Virus record (IMG/VR): IMGVR_UViG_3300023053_000001
Span: 192,001 to 256,000 of that record
Strand: one strand, 5' to 3'
Source of the DNA: a virus
Lineage: Duplodnaviria; Caudoviricetes
Length of the DNA stretch: 64,000 bases
A model generated the notes under the pieces. The model saw only the letters and a program-made list of their open reading frames with translations, was not told where the DNA came from and did not search any database. The stretch's first letter is position 1, and each line of letters starts with the position of its first letter. Made by a program: the position numbers and the translations under genes. This document shows positions 7,593 to 17,881 of this stretch, piece by piece.

Positions 7593-9686
7593 TTAAGCCG
7601 CGCTCGTCTCCAGGTCCGACTTGCGGTGCATGGCCACGGTGTACTGGCCCACGGTCACCATGTTCGGCGCGTAGATGTGCAACTTGCAGCTGTAGCTGTA
7701 GCCACGCTGCGAGTCAGCCTTCGTGTAGAAGGACTGCGGCACGATCGTGAAGCGGTTGCCGAAGCGGGAGGTGCGCATGTCGTCTTCCAGGAAGCCGTTG
7801 AGTTCCTTGACAACCTGGTCCTCGGTCAGCTTGCTGTTGCCGGTGATGGCGCGCCAGCTGCGCAGGCAGGCCTTCACACCTTCGATGGCCACCCACATGT
7901 TGATCGAGGAGTTCAGCACGGAGCTGTCGTCGTCGTAGGCGGTCTGCACGGCGGGGTAGAAGTACGACATGTGATCGAAGGACTGCACCCAGATCAGGCC
8001 GTTCTCCCAGTCCTGCTTGCGCGCGTTGGCCGGGCGCCAGGTGTTGTTGATGTCGCGGAACAGCGTCACGCGCTTGTTGCCTTCCTGGTCGTAGGCCAGC
8101 GCCTCGTTCCAGGTGCCGGTGGCAGCGCCCATGTAGTCCGAAGTCTTCACGGCCAGCTGATAGGACAGCGGCAGCAGCTTCTTGTACGGGTTGCTGATGA
8201 GCACGCCCGACTGGGCATGGATCATCACGCGAGCAACCTTGGTGCCGTAGAAGACCGACTCCGGGTAACCGGCGGCCACGGCGCGCAGGGCGACGGCCAT
8301 CGAGTCATCGGCGCTGTCGGTGTTCTGCGGCAGGGCCACGTCCTGCGTGGCAACGACCAGGCCGATGTCCGGGCGCTTGAGCACGTTGAACATGGCCTTC
8401 TTGGTTTCCAGGCTGTAGCCCGGGTCCCACACGGCCGAGACCGGGTAGCGGAAGGGGTCATGCAGCGGGTAGCTCGGGCTGGCCCACTTGTTGAACTCTT
8501 CACGCACGGCGGTGTCGAAGGCAGGCGCCGACATGGTGCCGTCGCTACCACCGGCAGCGTACAGGGTGCTGTTCTCGTTCAGCAGCACGCCGCCGTCGGC
8601 CGGGCCCAGCAGCTGGAAGGCCGCGTAGGGAACGCCATCGGTGTTGGTCGCGCTGAAGATGTTGACCAGGTGCAGCCACTCGCTGTCTTCGTCGATGGTC
8701 AGCACGTCCGGATGCAGGATGCCCTGCGGCGCTTCGGCTTCGCCGACCATCGCCAGGACTGCTTCGAGGTTGTCCTCGTAGACCTTCAGCTTGTGGAACG
8801 GACCGTACTGGTTCGGAACGCCCGGGGTGCCGATGTTCTCGTAGCCCGGCAGCAGCACGTCTTCGATGGACAGCAGCTGGTCGGTGCCCGCTGCGACCTG
8901 GTCGGGTTTCAGGGTCATGTCCAGGTACTGCGCGCCACCCAGGGTTTCCACCTGCTGGCTGGTGCTGTTGGCATCGGCGCGGGTGGTGAGCTGGACGCGG
9001 TACAGGTACGCCTTGATCTGCTCGACCAGGCTGTCGTTGAGCGCGTCGGCGCTGGAGGTGGTCGGCGCCCAGAAGCGCAGGCCGAAGTTGTTGCCGCGTG
9101 CGCCACGGAACGGAACCTGCAGGTCCAGGATCGGGTACTGGATCGACTGCTCATCGGTCGAGGAGACGATACCGCCAACCTTCTGGGTCATCGCGCCGAA
9201 GGCGGAGTCTTCGGTCAGGGTGACCTTCCAGTCGTTGAGCACCCAGCGGGCCTTGTAGCCAGCGATCTTGGTGCCGGTCGGGATCTTGTTGCCGGCCTGA
9301 TCGCGCTTGAACGAGCCATCGGGCATACGCTCATACAGCGGGATCTCTTCGGCCACGATGTCCAGCGACAGCAGCAGGCGCGCGGTGGTTGCATCCGCCG
9401 GCACGATGCGCTTGGTCTGCACGGTCTGGCGGGCGCGGAACACGTCCAGGAAGGCCGTTGCGTGGTTGTAGTACGGCTTGCGCACATTGAAGGTGTCGGC
9501 ACCGTACGTATCGACGATGGCGTCACCGCTCAGCAGCAGGGTGTCTTCCGAACCCCACTGTGCGTAGATGTAGCACAGCGGCAGGTGCGTCGGGACCGGG
9601 GTGGTCTCATACACCGGGGTCGTGCCGCTCAGATCCTGGATGCCCAGGATAACGGCACGCGGGAAGGCGTTGTTGATTGCGTTCAT
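7593..9686 (-). CDS. contractile tail sheath protein (phiKZ gp29-like)
   Basis: 697 aa; N-terminal PRAVILGIQDLS..HLPLCYIYAQWG, C-terminal F.SFYTKADSQRGYSY; divergent from the virion/terminase operon. Confidence 0.85.
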   Translation of the reverse strand: MNAINNAFPRAVILGIQDLSGTTPVYETTPVPTHLPLCYIYAQWGSEDTLLLSGDAIVDTYGADTFNVRKPYYNHATAFLDVFRARQTVQTKRIVPADATTARLLLSLDIVAEEIPLYERMPDGSFKRDQAGNKIPTGTKIAGYKARWVLNDWKVTLTEDSAFGAMTQKVGGIVSSTDEQSIQYPILDLQVPFRGARGNNFGLRFWAPTTSSADALNDSLVEQIKAYLYRVQLTTRADANSTSQQVETLGGAQYLDMTLKPDQVAAGTDQLLSIEDVLLPGYENIGTPGVPNQYGPFHKLKVYEDNLEAVLAMVGEAEAPQGILHPDVLTIDEDSEWLHLVNIFSATNTDGVPYAAFQLLGPADGGVLLNENSTLYAAGGSDGTMSAPAFDTAVREEFNKWASPSYPLHDPFRYPVSAVWDPGYSLETKKAMFNVLKRPDIGLVVATQDVALPQNTDSADDSMAVALRAVAAGYPESVFYGTKVARVMIHAQSGVLISNPYKKLLPLSYQLAVKTSDYMGAATGTWNEALAYDQEGNKRVTLFRDINNTWRPANARKQDWENGLIWVQSFDHMSYFYPAVQTAYDDDSSVLNSSINMWVAIEGVKACLRSWRAITGNSKLTEDQVVKELNGFLEDDMRTSRFGNRFTIVPQSFYTKADSQRGYSYSCKLHIYAPNMVTVGQYTVAMHRKSDLETSAA

Positions 9687-9898
9687 GAATTCAAGCTCCT
9701 AGGAACTGTACGACCTGTGAACCAAAACCGCCATGTCGTATCCATACGCCTAAGCGGTCTGGTCGAGATTTTGGCTGGCTTATGCTATAGCAAAATGGAG
9801 TGATGCCGCGCATCATAATAATTACTTCAGAAAATGATGCACAGTGGCTTCACAGCTGCAGCTGCGAAACACATCAACTTTTAAAACGGTGAGTAGCC
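9687..9898. promoter_or_regulatory. divergent AT-rich late promoter region
   Basis: AT-rich gap between divergent structural operons with TATG on both strands (phiKZ late promoter core); a 4-mer is weak evidence. Confidence 0.4.
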
Positions 9899-10813
9899 AT
9901 GTACCTCAAAACCCCTTACGACACCACTGCCGGTTCCGGTTATCAGAGCGCCATCAAGCATGTTACCATGCAGGTCAAGCAGGCACTGGTGACGGGTGAT
10001 CTGAAGCAAGCTGCTACCCCCAAGGGACACCCCTTGAAAGGGATTTATACCATCCCTTCATACTTTAAGGGTATTGACCCCTTCTACCATCCGCTGGTGA
10101 CGGACTTCCGCGGCGAAACGATCGTCGTGGTGGATTCGCGCGCCTACCTGCGCGCTACCCCGACCGGTGAGCAGGTCATCAGCAATCGGATGGAATACGA
10201 ATTCCTGATCCTGCGTGCTGCGCTGACGCTGGCTTGGCTCAAGGGTGAGAACCGCGCCATGCTCGGCATGGCCGATCTTCCGCTGCAGACCTTCTGCGGC
10301 TGGATTCCAATGGCTGTGGTTCGCAACAAGCATCTGGACCCGCATCACCAGCAGGTGCTCACCGCACTGGCCGGCCTGTGGTTCCTGTCCCAGTTCGACC
10401 AGCTGGACTACAGCGACGAATCCACCCTGCTGCGTGCCAGCGCCCGTGTGGCGCGCCTGACGCGTGTGCCGGCAGACTTCATCATCCAGACCGGCCGTGG
10501 CCTGACCACACTGCAGTCCATGGAAGAGTTCTGCACGGCAGCTCGTGAACGTGTGGACTCCCCGCGTATGGCTGACTTCAGTCCGGGTCTGCTGGTGGCC
10601 TTCACCAAGTCGGCATGGTTCGGCGCAGCTGCGCAGGAAGTGTCGGCGATCGCGCTGGAGTACCCGCCGTACCTGATGGCCATGGTCGCTGCCAGCGTCG
10701 ATGACCGTTCCTACAAGAACTCGCGCATGACCCAGCTGGTGGAGATCTACGATCGCCAGGGTTCGGGTCGTCAGTACGCCATGGCTGTGGCGTCGCTCAT
10801 CCAGGAGATGTAA
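9899..10813 (+). CDS. virion structural protein (phiKZ gp28-like)
   Basis: 304 aa; synteny with sheath and terminase; C-terminal AIALEYPP motif. Confidence 0.7.
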   Translation: MYLKTPYDTTAGSGYQSAIKHVTMQVKQALVTGDLKQAATPKGHPLKGIYTIPSYFKGIDPFYHPLVTDFRGETIVVVDSRAYLRATPTGEQVISNRMEYEFLILRAALTLAWLKGENRAMLGMADLPLQTFCGWIPMAVVRNKHLDPHHQQVLTALAGLWFLSQFDQLDYSDESTLLRASARVARLTRVPADFIIQTGRGLTTLQSMEEFCTAARERVDSPRMADFSPGLLVAFTKSAWFGAAAQEVSAIALEYPPYLMAMVAASVDDRSYKNSRMTQLVEIYDRQGSGRQYAMAVASLIQEM

Positions 10814-10816
10814 ACC

Positions 10817-13411
10817 ATGTCGAACGATTACCTCGTAGGGCATGCGGTTCGCAACGCATGGTGCAACCCGCCCCAAGACCTGCAGGTGATCCTCAAGCCG
10901 GCACGCATCAGTTTCCCCAGTGGCGCTCGCGGGACGGTGGATCATTCGTGGTCCACCATTCCTCTGCCCACTGCGCAGGATCTGTATCACGTCTACCAGA
11001 TCGGTCAGGTCAACCCGGTACTGCTGGGGCTGACTCCGGGCCGGATGGTCTGGCGCAAGCTTTCCTCTGTGATGAACAGCGAGAACTTGGTCGCCGATGT
11101 CTATGTGGCCAATGGCCTGCATCTGCATCGCGCTGAGTGCTGGGTGGTTTACACCGAGGAGCGCAATCTGCTGCTGGCCGTCAAGGACACCAAGCTGGCT
11201 CCGCTGAACAAAGAGCCGTTGTATCTGCGCCTGTACTCCAATGCGTACTTCGATTCGGTTCGAGCACGTGGTGAAGCCCAGGCCGTGTACACCAACTCGG
11301 TCATCGTCACCGGTGCGACCCAAGCGCTGACCTTCCAGAACGAATACCGACTGCAGCAGGCCAAGCACGGCTTGACCACGCTGTACGTCAACGGTGTCAT
11401 CATGGACAGCTTCCTGCCCACGCAGGTGGCCGTTGGTGACGTGCTGGAATACGTCTATGATTCCACCGTTAAGCAAGTGGTGGAGTTCCCGATCAAAGAC
11501 CTGCTGTACTTCAACTCGATCAAGGACGCCAAGGCCAAATACCTGCTGCATTACACCGCAGCGCAGGCCAAGGGTGAGATGATCGACTACCGTGATGACA
11601 TCGACGTCTATCTGGTGCGCAAGTTCACTCGTGGTACGAACACCCAAGCCTTTGAGGGGGTGTACTACCACAAGAACAGCGATGATGCCTTCCGTCAGCT
11701 GACCCACCGCGATTACTCGCTCACTGTGCCGTATGTGCAGGCATTGGCCGACGCACGTGCCGCATGGGGTGGTAAGGTGGCCGGTCTGACGGTACGTTTG
11801 CACATCCGCGATGCCGGTTACTCCCGTCCGCTGATCCATGAGCATTCGCGCATCAAGGAGCTGTACAAGCTCCCGCACAACGAGATCATCCGTGCCATGC
11901 ACGGTACCGACTCGACGGTGGATGTGTGGAAGGCGGTCAATCTGGAGAACTCCGATTACATCCGTGTGATGGATTCGCTGTACAGCCAGTTGAACCGCAC
12001 CATGATTCAGAGCGCCTACGGTTACAACGCCGTATCGCTGCTGGCCGGTGAGTCGCCGCTGCAGGTCAAGAACGTACACGGCCGTCGTCAGGTTTCCCTG
12101 CCCTACGGGTTGCAGGAGAACTCCACGATCTATGAGTACAATGCCCAAGGCGTCCTGCTCGGGTTCTACGTGCACAAGACCGGTCCGGAGTACGTGCCCT
12201 ACAACACTGCCTGTACGCTGGTGGAAGGAATCGTGGGTCTGGGTAATTACACCGCCTCCACGTATTTCGGCGGCGTGGACGTCGCCATCGATCCGAAGTT
12301 CAACTATCGTTTCTATCGCACCCCGCGCCGGGCCGGTAAACCGGACCAGACGCAGTGGGAAGATGTGACGGGTAACGATCAGGTCTACACCATCATTGAC
12401 AACAAGGTGGTGTGGTATCACGACACCTCGCGCTGGTTCACCGCCGTGCGTTCGGATGAACGCTTCTTGGCGTATGAGCGTACGCTGACCAGTGACAATG
12501 GCCTGCTGGACTTCTACATCGACGGCGAGGATGAATTCCCCGCCGGTGCAGCCCATGGCATCTTCTACATCCCGCTGGGTAAGCTCGATCTGTGGCTCAA
12601 CGGTCGAGCCATGATCGAGGGACTGGACTATGTGATCCAGTGGCCGCGCATCGTGGTGTGCAACAAGCGTTACCTGATCCCGGGCAACTCGCAGAAGCTG
12701 ACCGTTCGCGGTACCGGTTTCTGCAACTCGAATCTGGAGCGCGACACGCCCGCTGAGAACGGCTTCGTCAAGCATGGCATGCTTTCGCGCAATGGTCGTT
12801 ACGACATCCGCGATGACAAGGTGCAGCGTATCGTCATTGACGGTCGTACCTATCATCGCAGCGCGTTGAAGTTTGCCGAAGAGCACAAGGGCATCCAAGT
12901 CTCGGCGCAAGCTGAAGGCTCGCCCTACATCGTGGAGAACATCATCGTACCGCTGCGCTCGCTCGGTAATGATGAGGACTACGTGTATCGTGACCGCTCG
13001 TTGGCGGTGGACAAGTCGGTGGGCGATTGGTTGAACCTGCGCCTGCCCGAACCGGAGATCAAAGACCCGGTGATGGTCCCCAACAACAAGTACCCGATCT
13101 ACAGCCCGTTTGCCTCCACGATTCTGTATGACCTGATGAACGGTCGTCTGAGTACGGAAGCCTTCCGTGGCTACTACAGCGATCGCGAACTGCGTGCGGT
13201 GCTGCAGCGCTTTGAGTACCTGCTCGACTTCGACCCGTGCTTCCGTGAAGGACTGGATCTGCGTTACATCGCTATCCATGCCCACAACGCGCTGATCGAA
13301 TACGAGGTGGACATCTACCAGTGGCGCATGCTCTCCCGTGCCGTTCGCATTTACTTGCAAGATCGTGTGGACCTTACCCAGTTCCTTTCGATCAAGAAAA
13401 CGCTGATCTAA
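10817..13411 (+). CDS. virion structural protein (phiKZ gp27-like)
   Basis: 864 aa; NAWCNPPQD start, LDLWLNGRAMIEGLDY; synteny. Confidence 0.75.
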   Translation: MSNDYLVGHAVRNAWCNPPQDLQVILKPARISFPSGARGTVDHSWSTIPLPTAQDLYHVYQIGQVNPVLLGLTPGRMVWRKLSSVMNSENLVADVYVANGLHLHRAECWVVYTEERNLLLAVKDTKLAPLNKEPLYLRLYSNAYFDSVRARGEAQAVYTNSVIVTGATQALTFQNEYRLQQAKHGLTTLYVNGVIMDSFLPTQVAVGDVLEYVYDSTVKQVVEFPIKDLLYFNSIKDAKAKYLLHYTAAQAKGEMIDYRDDIDVYLVRKFTRGTNTQAFEGVYYHKNSDDAFRQLTHRDYSLTVPYVQALADARAAWGGKVAGLTVRLHIRDAGYSRPLIHEHSRIKELYKLPHNEIIRAMHGTDSTVDVWKAVNLENSDYIRVMDSLYSQLNRTMIQSAYGYNAVSLLAGESPLQVKNVHGRRQVSLPYGLQENSTIYEYNAQGVLLGFYVHKTGPEYVPYNTACTLVEGIVGLGNYTASTYFGGVDVAIDPKFNYRFYRTPRRAGKPDQTQWEDVTGNDQVYTIIDNKVVWYHDTSRWFTAVRSDERFLAYERTLTSDNGLLDFYIDGEDEFPAGAAHGIFYIPLGKLDLWLNGRAMIEGLDYVIQWPRIVVCNKRYLIPGNSQKLTVRGTGFCNSNLERDTPAENGFVKHGMLSRNGRYDIRDDKVQRIVIDGRTYHRSALKFAEEHKGIQVSAQAEGSPYIVENIIVPLRSLGNDEDYVYRDRSLAVDKSVGDWLNLRLPEPEIKDPVMVPNNKYPIYSPFASTILYDLMNGRLSTEAFRGYYSDRELRAVLQRFEYLLDFDPCFREGLDLRYIAIHAHNALIEYEVDIYQWRMLSRAVRIYLQDRVDLTQFLSIKKTLI

Positions 13412-13420
13412 TGGCCTCAT

Positions 13421-13446
13421 AGCCCCGGTGGGAAACCACCGGGGTT
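13421..13446 (+). terminator. hairpin with GAAA loop
   Basis: AGCCCCGGTGG-GAAA-CCACCGGGGTT between two co-oriented genes. Confidence 0.55.
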
Positions 13447-13462
13447 CTACCAAGGATTTACC

Positions 13463-15118
13463 ATGGCAGACAATCCCGTTCTGATCAAACACGATGGCGA
13501 AGGCTTCCGTGTTTGGAATATCAACCAGCTCTACACTCCTGGTAAGGATGAAGGGCATGTGCCGAACATCGATGACCTGGTCATCGATTACACCCAAGGC
13601 TTCTTCCGCGTGGTGGCTGTGAACCTGGACTCGGGCGTCTCCTCGCTGGTTCCGTGGGAAGCAACGCCGGTCAATCCCAGCACCGGTGTGGACTACCTCA
13701 TCGGCGATGGTCCGGGTACCGTGTCCGAACAGTTCCGCGTGTGGATCAACGACAGCGTTGTGCCGCATTCGCTGGCGGTGGACGGTGCGCTGTACATCCG
13801 TGGCGAGAAGTCCAGCTACGTCAAGATCTTCCGGGGCACCGACGTCAGTGAACGTGGCGAAGTCATCTCCGCCGTTTACGACAGCGCGCACAACTTCCTC
13901 GGTGAGAACGTGCCGTTGATGCTGTGCGACATGCCCAATGGCGTGAACTACGCCAACAAGACCGTGGCGCCGTGCTACACCAACACCAAGCTGGTCGATG
14001 GCGAGATCGTCTCGGTGGTGGCTTACTCGGCTGACAACCAGCCGCTGTATGTCAATCACCTCACCGCCAAGAACAGTGCGATCATCCGTACCACCGATGC
14101 CTCGATGAAGTACATCGTCGATGTGTCGCTGGAGTCGCCGTTCCTGTCCGACTCGGACCCGACCAAGCTGGTCTACCCGATCAACATGCCGGTGGAGAAC
14201 CTGAACCTGTACGGCGTGGTCACCTACTCCGACGGTTCCAAGTCGCGCCTGCCGGTGGATGGCACCAAGTTCTCCGTCTTCGGTCTGGACAACTTCATCG
14301 CCACCATCGAAGGTATGTCGATCCCGCTGGTGCTGACCTATCACCTCGGTGATGGTGAGTACAACTACCTGGCCGAACCCACGGCCGAGCGCACCATTTC
14401 CAAGCTGTACAGCGCCACCACCGGCAAGTTCGATGGTGCCTTCAGCGTCAAGCTGTACGCCTATCCGGAATGGGTCAACGATCAGGTCGGCTACCGTCTG
14501 GCCTACCGCCTGTACACCGGCGACCGCGAAGATTTCTACGAAGTCACCAACTTGGTGCAGCCGACGTCGGAATCGCGCAGCTTCGATCCGTTGCTCTATG
14601 GTGTGACGCAGAAGATTGCCGTGGCAATCAACCTGCGCAACGTCGATCAGCGCTTTGCCAACTACCGCCATGTCCAGAGCTTCGAGATCACGCTGCGTGC
14701 GCGCGGCGACGATGCGGCACAGGACAACTGGACCGTTGGCTTCTCGCCGAACCAGGACCCGCCGTACGGTCGCAGTGTGGTGGCGCGTTCGCGCTTCATC
14801 AACACCGGCAACTGGGAACTGGATCTGTCCTCGGGCTGCTCGACGCTGGAAGAATGGCTCAACCTGATTTACTACCGTACTCTGCCCATCTACGATCCGA
14901 CTACCGAGGCCAAGCCGCCGGAGCCGAACATCGTGATGGTCCGCGTGGGGCAGCATCAGGTCGAGTTCCCGATCGCGATGTGGAACACCCTGATCACCGC
15001 TCACGAGATGGTGGGCGAGGGTGGCCTGATCTACCTGCACTTCCTGCGCCGCAATTCCACCACGGATTTGCAGCTGGGCGTGTCGGGCATGGTCATGCAC
15101 CAAACTCCGCAAACGTAA
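13463..15118 (+). CDS. virion structural protein (phiKZ gp26-like)
   Basis: 551 aa, beta-rich with an Ig-like segment (YGVVTYSDGS); directly upstream of terminase. Confidence 0.75.
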   Translation: MADNPVLIKHDGEGFRVWNINQLYTPGKDEGHVPNIDDLVIDYTQGFFRVVAVNLDSGVSSLVPWEATPVNPSTGVDYLIGDGPGTVSEQFRVWINDSVVPHSLAVDGALYIRGEKSSYVKIFRGTDVSERGEVISAVYDSAHNFLGENVPLMLCDMPNGVNYANKTVAPCYTNTKLVDGEIVSVVAYSADNQPLYVNHLTAKNSAIIRTTDASMKYIVDVSLESPFLSDSDPTKLVYPINMPVENLNLYGVVTYSDGSKSRLPVDGTKFSVFGLDNFIATIEGMSIPLVLTYHLGDGEYNYLAEPTAERTISKLYSATTGKFDGAFSVKLYAYPEWVNDQVGYRLAYRLYTGDREDFYEVTNLVQPTSESRSFDPLLYGVTQKIAVAINLRNVDQRFANYRHVQSFEITLRARGDDAAQDNWTVGFSPNQDPPYGRSVVARSRFINTGNWELDLSSGCSTLEEWLNLIYYRTLPIYDPTTEAKPPEPNIVMVRVGQHQVEFPIAMWNTLITAHEMVGEGGLIYLHFLRRNSTTDLQLGVSGMVMHQTPQT

Positions 15119-15121
15119 ACC

Positions 15122-15166
15122 GAATGCCCCTGCACCGCAAGGTGCAGGGGCATTCCTCCCTATGCG
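15122..15166 (+). terminator. 15-bp perfect hairpin followed by TATGCG
   Basis: GAATGCCCCTGCACC-GCAA-GGTGCAGGGGCATTC, then CTCCCTATGCG. Confidence 0.65.
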
Positions 15167-15175
15167 AGATATGAC

Positions 15176-17428
15176 ATGATTCTGTTCCAAGAAGATTGGC
15201 AGCGCTATCCTAGCGCCGATATTGACCGGCAGACCACCAACCGATCCTTCAAGGATCTGGCTCTGCTGTACCGTGACATGGGCGTCAAGAACCACGCCTT
15301 CCTGCTGTCGCTGATGCAGCCTGAGCTGTCCGGCGTGGATGTGCATGACAAGAGCTTGGATGCGGTGACGATGGCAAGGATTGCCACGGAAGCTGAATTC
15401 AACCCCTGGTTCGTCTTCCGTGAAATCACCCGCCTGCCCCCCAACTCGGGTATCGAGCCGATCCGCTTTGACGCCAATCGTGGCAACATCGCGCTGTACT
15501 GGTGCTTCTTCAACCACATCGACTCGGCCAACATTCAGCCCCGTCAGACCGGTAAGTCCGGTTCGACTGACTGTCTGATCTTGGACCTGCTGTACATCAT
15601 GGCACGTTCCACCAAGATCATGATGATCACCAAGGATGACATGCTACGACAATTCAACGTCGAGCGACTAAAGGGCATTCGAGAGTATTTCCCCAAGTGG
15701 ATGCTCAAGATCTCTTCGGAAGATGCCAACAACCAGAAGGAGCTGACCTGTAAGGAATACGGCAACTCCTACATCACCGGCGTGGGTCGTTCCTCGGCTA
15801 CGGCAGCCAACAACCTGGGCCGTGGCCTGTCCACCCCGATCCTGCACGTCGACGAAGGCCCGTTCATCAGCCACATCGGTACCACCATCCCGGCAGCGCT
15901 GGCATCGGGTACCAAGGCACGTGAGCAGGCCGCTGAAGCCCGTCAGCCCTACGGCAATATCTTCACCACAACCGCCGGTAAGATCGATGACCGCGATGGT
16001 CGTTACATGTACGATCTGATCATGGGCGGTACGGTGTGGACCGAGCGCTTCCTCGATGCGCGCAACATCCGTCACCTGAACATGCTGGTGGAAAAGAACT
16101 CGGCTGGTGGTAAGAAGCCGATCATGAACATCACCATGTCCCACCGTCAGCTGGGTCGTGACGATGCGTGGCTGTACAAGGTCATGTCCGAGAATAACGT
16201 GTCCGGTGAAGAGGCCGACCGTGACTTCTTGAACGTGTGGACCTCCGGTTCGCAGCGCTCGCCGCTGTCGGCTCTGCTGAACGACTCCATCCGCTCTTCG
16301 GAAATGGACCCGCTGCATTATGAGGAATCTCCCGATGCCTACATGATCCGCTGGTACATCCCGGAAGATCAGATTCAGGAGATGCTGGACTCGGGTCACT
16401 ACTCGGTCGGTCTGGATACCTCCGACGCTGTGGGTCGCGACGCCATTGCCATGGTCATTACCGACATGCGCGATCTGTCCACGGCCGGTGTGGGTTCGTT
16501 CAACGAAACCTTCCTGCCGCGCTTCTCTGGCTTCCTGCTGTGGTTCATGTTGAAGTACCGCAAGACCATCCTGATCCCGGAGCGTAAGTCTTCCGGTCAG
16601 GCGATCATCGACCATCTGCTGCTGCACCTGCCGCTGCATGGCGAAGATCCGTTCAAGCGTATCTACAACAAGATCGTGGACAACTACCGCGAAGATCCGC
16701 AGGCCTTTGCCGACATCCAGCGCAGCATGAACATGCGCGATGACAGCTTCTACGAGCGTCGCAAGTCCGCCTTTGGTTTCAACACCAATAAGGACTCTCG
16801 CCTGTTGCTGTACACCACGGTCCTGCAGAATGCTGCCAAGACCGCCGGTCACACCGTGCGTGACAAAACGCTGTCCAACGAAATCCGCAAGCTGGTGGAA
16901 AAGAACGGTCGCATCGACCATGAAAGCTCCGGTCATGACGACCATTGCTTTGCGTGGCTGATGGCGCACTACTTCCCGACCATGGGCAAGAACCTGTCCT
17001 ACTACGGTATCGACACCTCCGAGGTGTTGGTCAACCTGGGGTACAACGGTCGCGCGATTTCCGAAGAAGAGCGCAACGCCCGTGCGATGCAGGAAGAAGC
17101 CATGAAGGAAATGGAATCCATCATGGAAGTGCTGAAAGATCCGCGGATCGATCAGATGGTGTCCTACAAGTACGAAAACCGCCTGCGTGTGCTCTCCAGT
17201 CGCGTGGAGCAGCGTTACGACATGGACGCCCAGTCGGTGGACCAGATGATCCGCCAAGCCTCTGAGGAGCGCCGTAAGCGCATCCAGATGTCCGTCCAGC
17301 AGAACCGCTTGGGCATGGACCGTAAGAACGACCTGCCGTCTCTGGGACGCGCTGGCTCGTTCCTGCGTGAGGCCGGTGGTTTCGCACAACGTGGTCCGTT
17401 GGGTCTGCCCAACAACCGTTACTTCTGA
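15176..17428 (+). CDS. terL: terminase large subunit (phiKZ gp25-like)
   Basis: Walker A PRQTGKS, Walker B LHVDEGPF, motif TTTAG, nuclease GLDTSDAVGRD and GHDDHCFAW. Confidence 0.93.
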   Translation: MILFQEDWQRYPSADIDRQTTNRSFKDLALLYRDMGVKNHAFLLSLMQPELSGVDVHDKSLDAVTMARIATEAEFNPWFVFREITRLPPNSGIEPIRFDANRGNIALYWCFFNHIDSANIQPRQTGKSGSTDCLILDLLYIMARSTKIMMITKDDMLRQFNVERLKGIREYFPKWMLKISSEDANNQKELTCKEYGNSYITGVGRSSATAANNLGRGLSTPILHVDEGPFISHIGTTIPAALASGTKAREQAAEARQPYGNIFTTTAGKIDDRDGRYMYDLIMGGTVWTERFLDARNIRHLNMLVEKNSAGGKKPIMNITMSHRQLGRDDAWLYKVMSENNVSGEEADRDFLNVWTSGSQRSPLSALLNDSIRSSEMDPLHYEESPDAYMIRWYIPEDQIQEMLDSGHYSVGLDTSDAVGRDAIAMVITDMRDLSTAGVGSFNETFLPRFSGFLLWFMLKYRKTILIPERKSSGQAIIDHLLLHLPLHGEDPFKRIYNKIVDNYREDPQAFADIQRSMNMRDDSFYERRKSAFGFNTNKDSRLLLYTTVLQNAAKTAGHTVRDKTLSNEIRKLVEKNGRIDHESSGHDDHCFAWLMAHYFPTMGKNLSYYGIDTSEVLVNLGYNGRAISEEERNARAMQEEAMKEMESIMEVLKDPRIDQMVSYKYENRLRVLSSRVEQRYDMDAQSVDQMIRQASEERRKRIQMSVQQNRLGMDRKNDLPSLGRAGSFLREAGGFAQRGPLGLPNNRYF

Positions 17429-17475
17429 CGGCATAAAGCCCTCCTCCCCATCATCGGGGAGGAGGGCGATATGTC
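17427..17475. terminator. bidirectional terminator flanked by TATG on both strands
   Basis: GCCCTCCTCCCC/GGGGAGGAGGGC stem between convergent genes; GACGGCATA on the left, TATGTC on the right. Confidence 0.75.
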
Positions 17476-17872
17476 ATTGTGCCATTGCTTCTTCGACGCG
17501 GCGGATCTTGGCTTCCCACTCGCACGACTCGGGCATCGGGTAGACGACCTTGTGCAGTGCATTGAGGGTTTTCTGATACGCCAGCTCGACGCCGTTGGCA
17601 TCATCTGCCGGGGCGTACGTTACCGTGGTGACTTCCTTGCCGTTGAGCGCACGGGCTTCAGCCTCGATGTGCGCAATTCGCATCTCCTTACCTTGCATCC
17701 ACGGGAAGAGGGTGCAATCGTTTACCAACATCACAGTTACCTTCAGCTTGACCACTCGCGCCAGTTCCGCCGAGAACGGACGGGGCACCATGCGAGTATG
17801 GGTCTCGCGGCTCTCAACCTTCAGGAGTTTTTCCCAAGGGCCAGAGAAAGGAAGGCAATCATCATTGGTCAT
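17474..17872 (-). CDS. hypothetical protein (132 aa)
   Basis: Tightly packed with 17882..18349 in a minus-strand operon ending at the terminator. Confidence 0.65.
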   Translation of the reverse strand: MTNDDCLPFSGPWEKLLKVESRETHTRMVPRPFSAELARVVKLKVTVMLVNDCTLFPWMQGKEMRIAHIEAEARALNGKEVTTVTYAPADDANGVELAYQKTLNALHKVVYPMPESCEWEAKIRRVEEAMAQ

Positions 17873-17881
17873 CTTTCACGC

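Noticed and set aside
6678-9803. Plus-strand ORFs over the sheath and tube genes
   Set aside because: Antisense to strongly biased structural genes, with no RBS or recognisable domain.
10058-15517. 1819-aa minus-strand ORF (and similar long antisense ORFs at 7626-9803, 15668-17434, 39677-42145, 43543-45696, 55098-58067, 58679-60865, 60763-62760)
   Set aside because: Shadow ORFs opposite well-supported genes. Strong C/G third-position bias removes antisense stops, and the translations show no motifs and a V/D/H/R-rich antisense composition.
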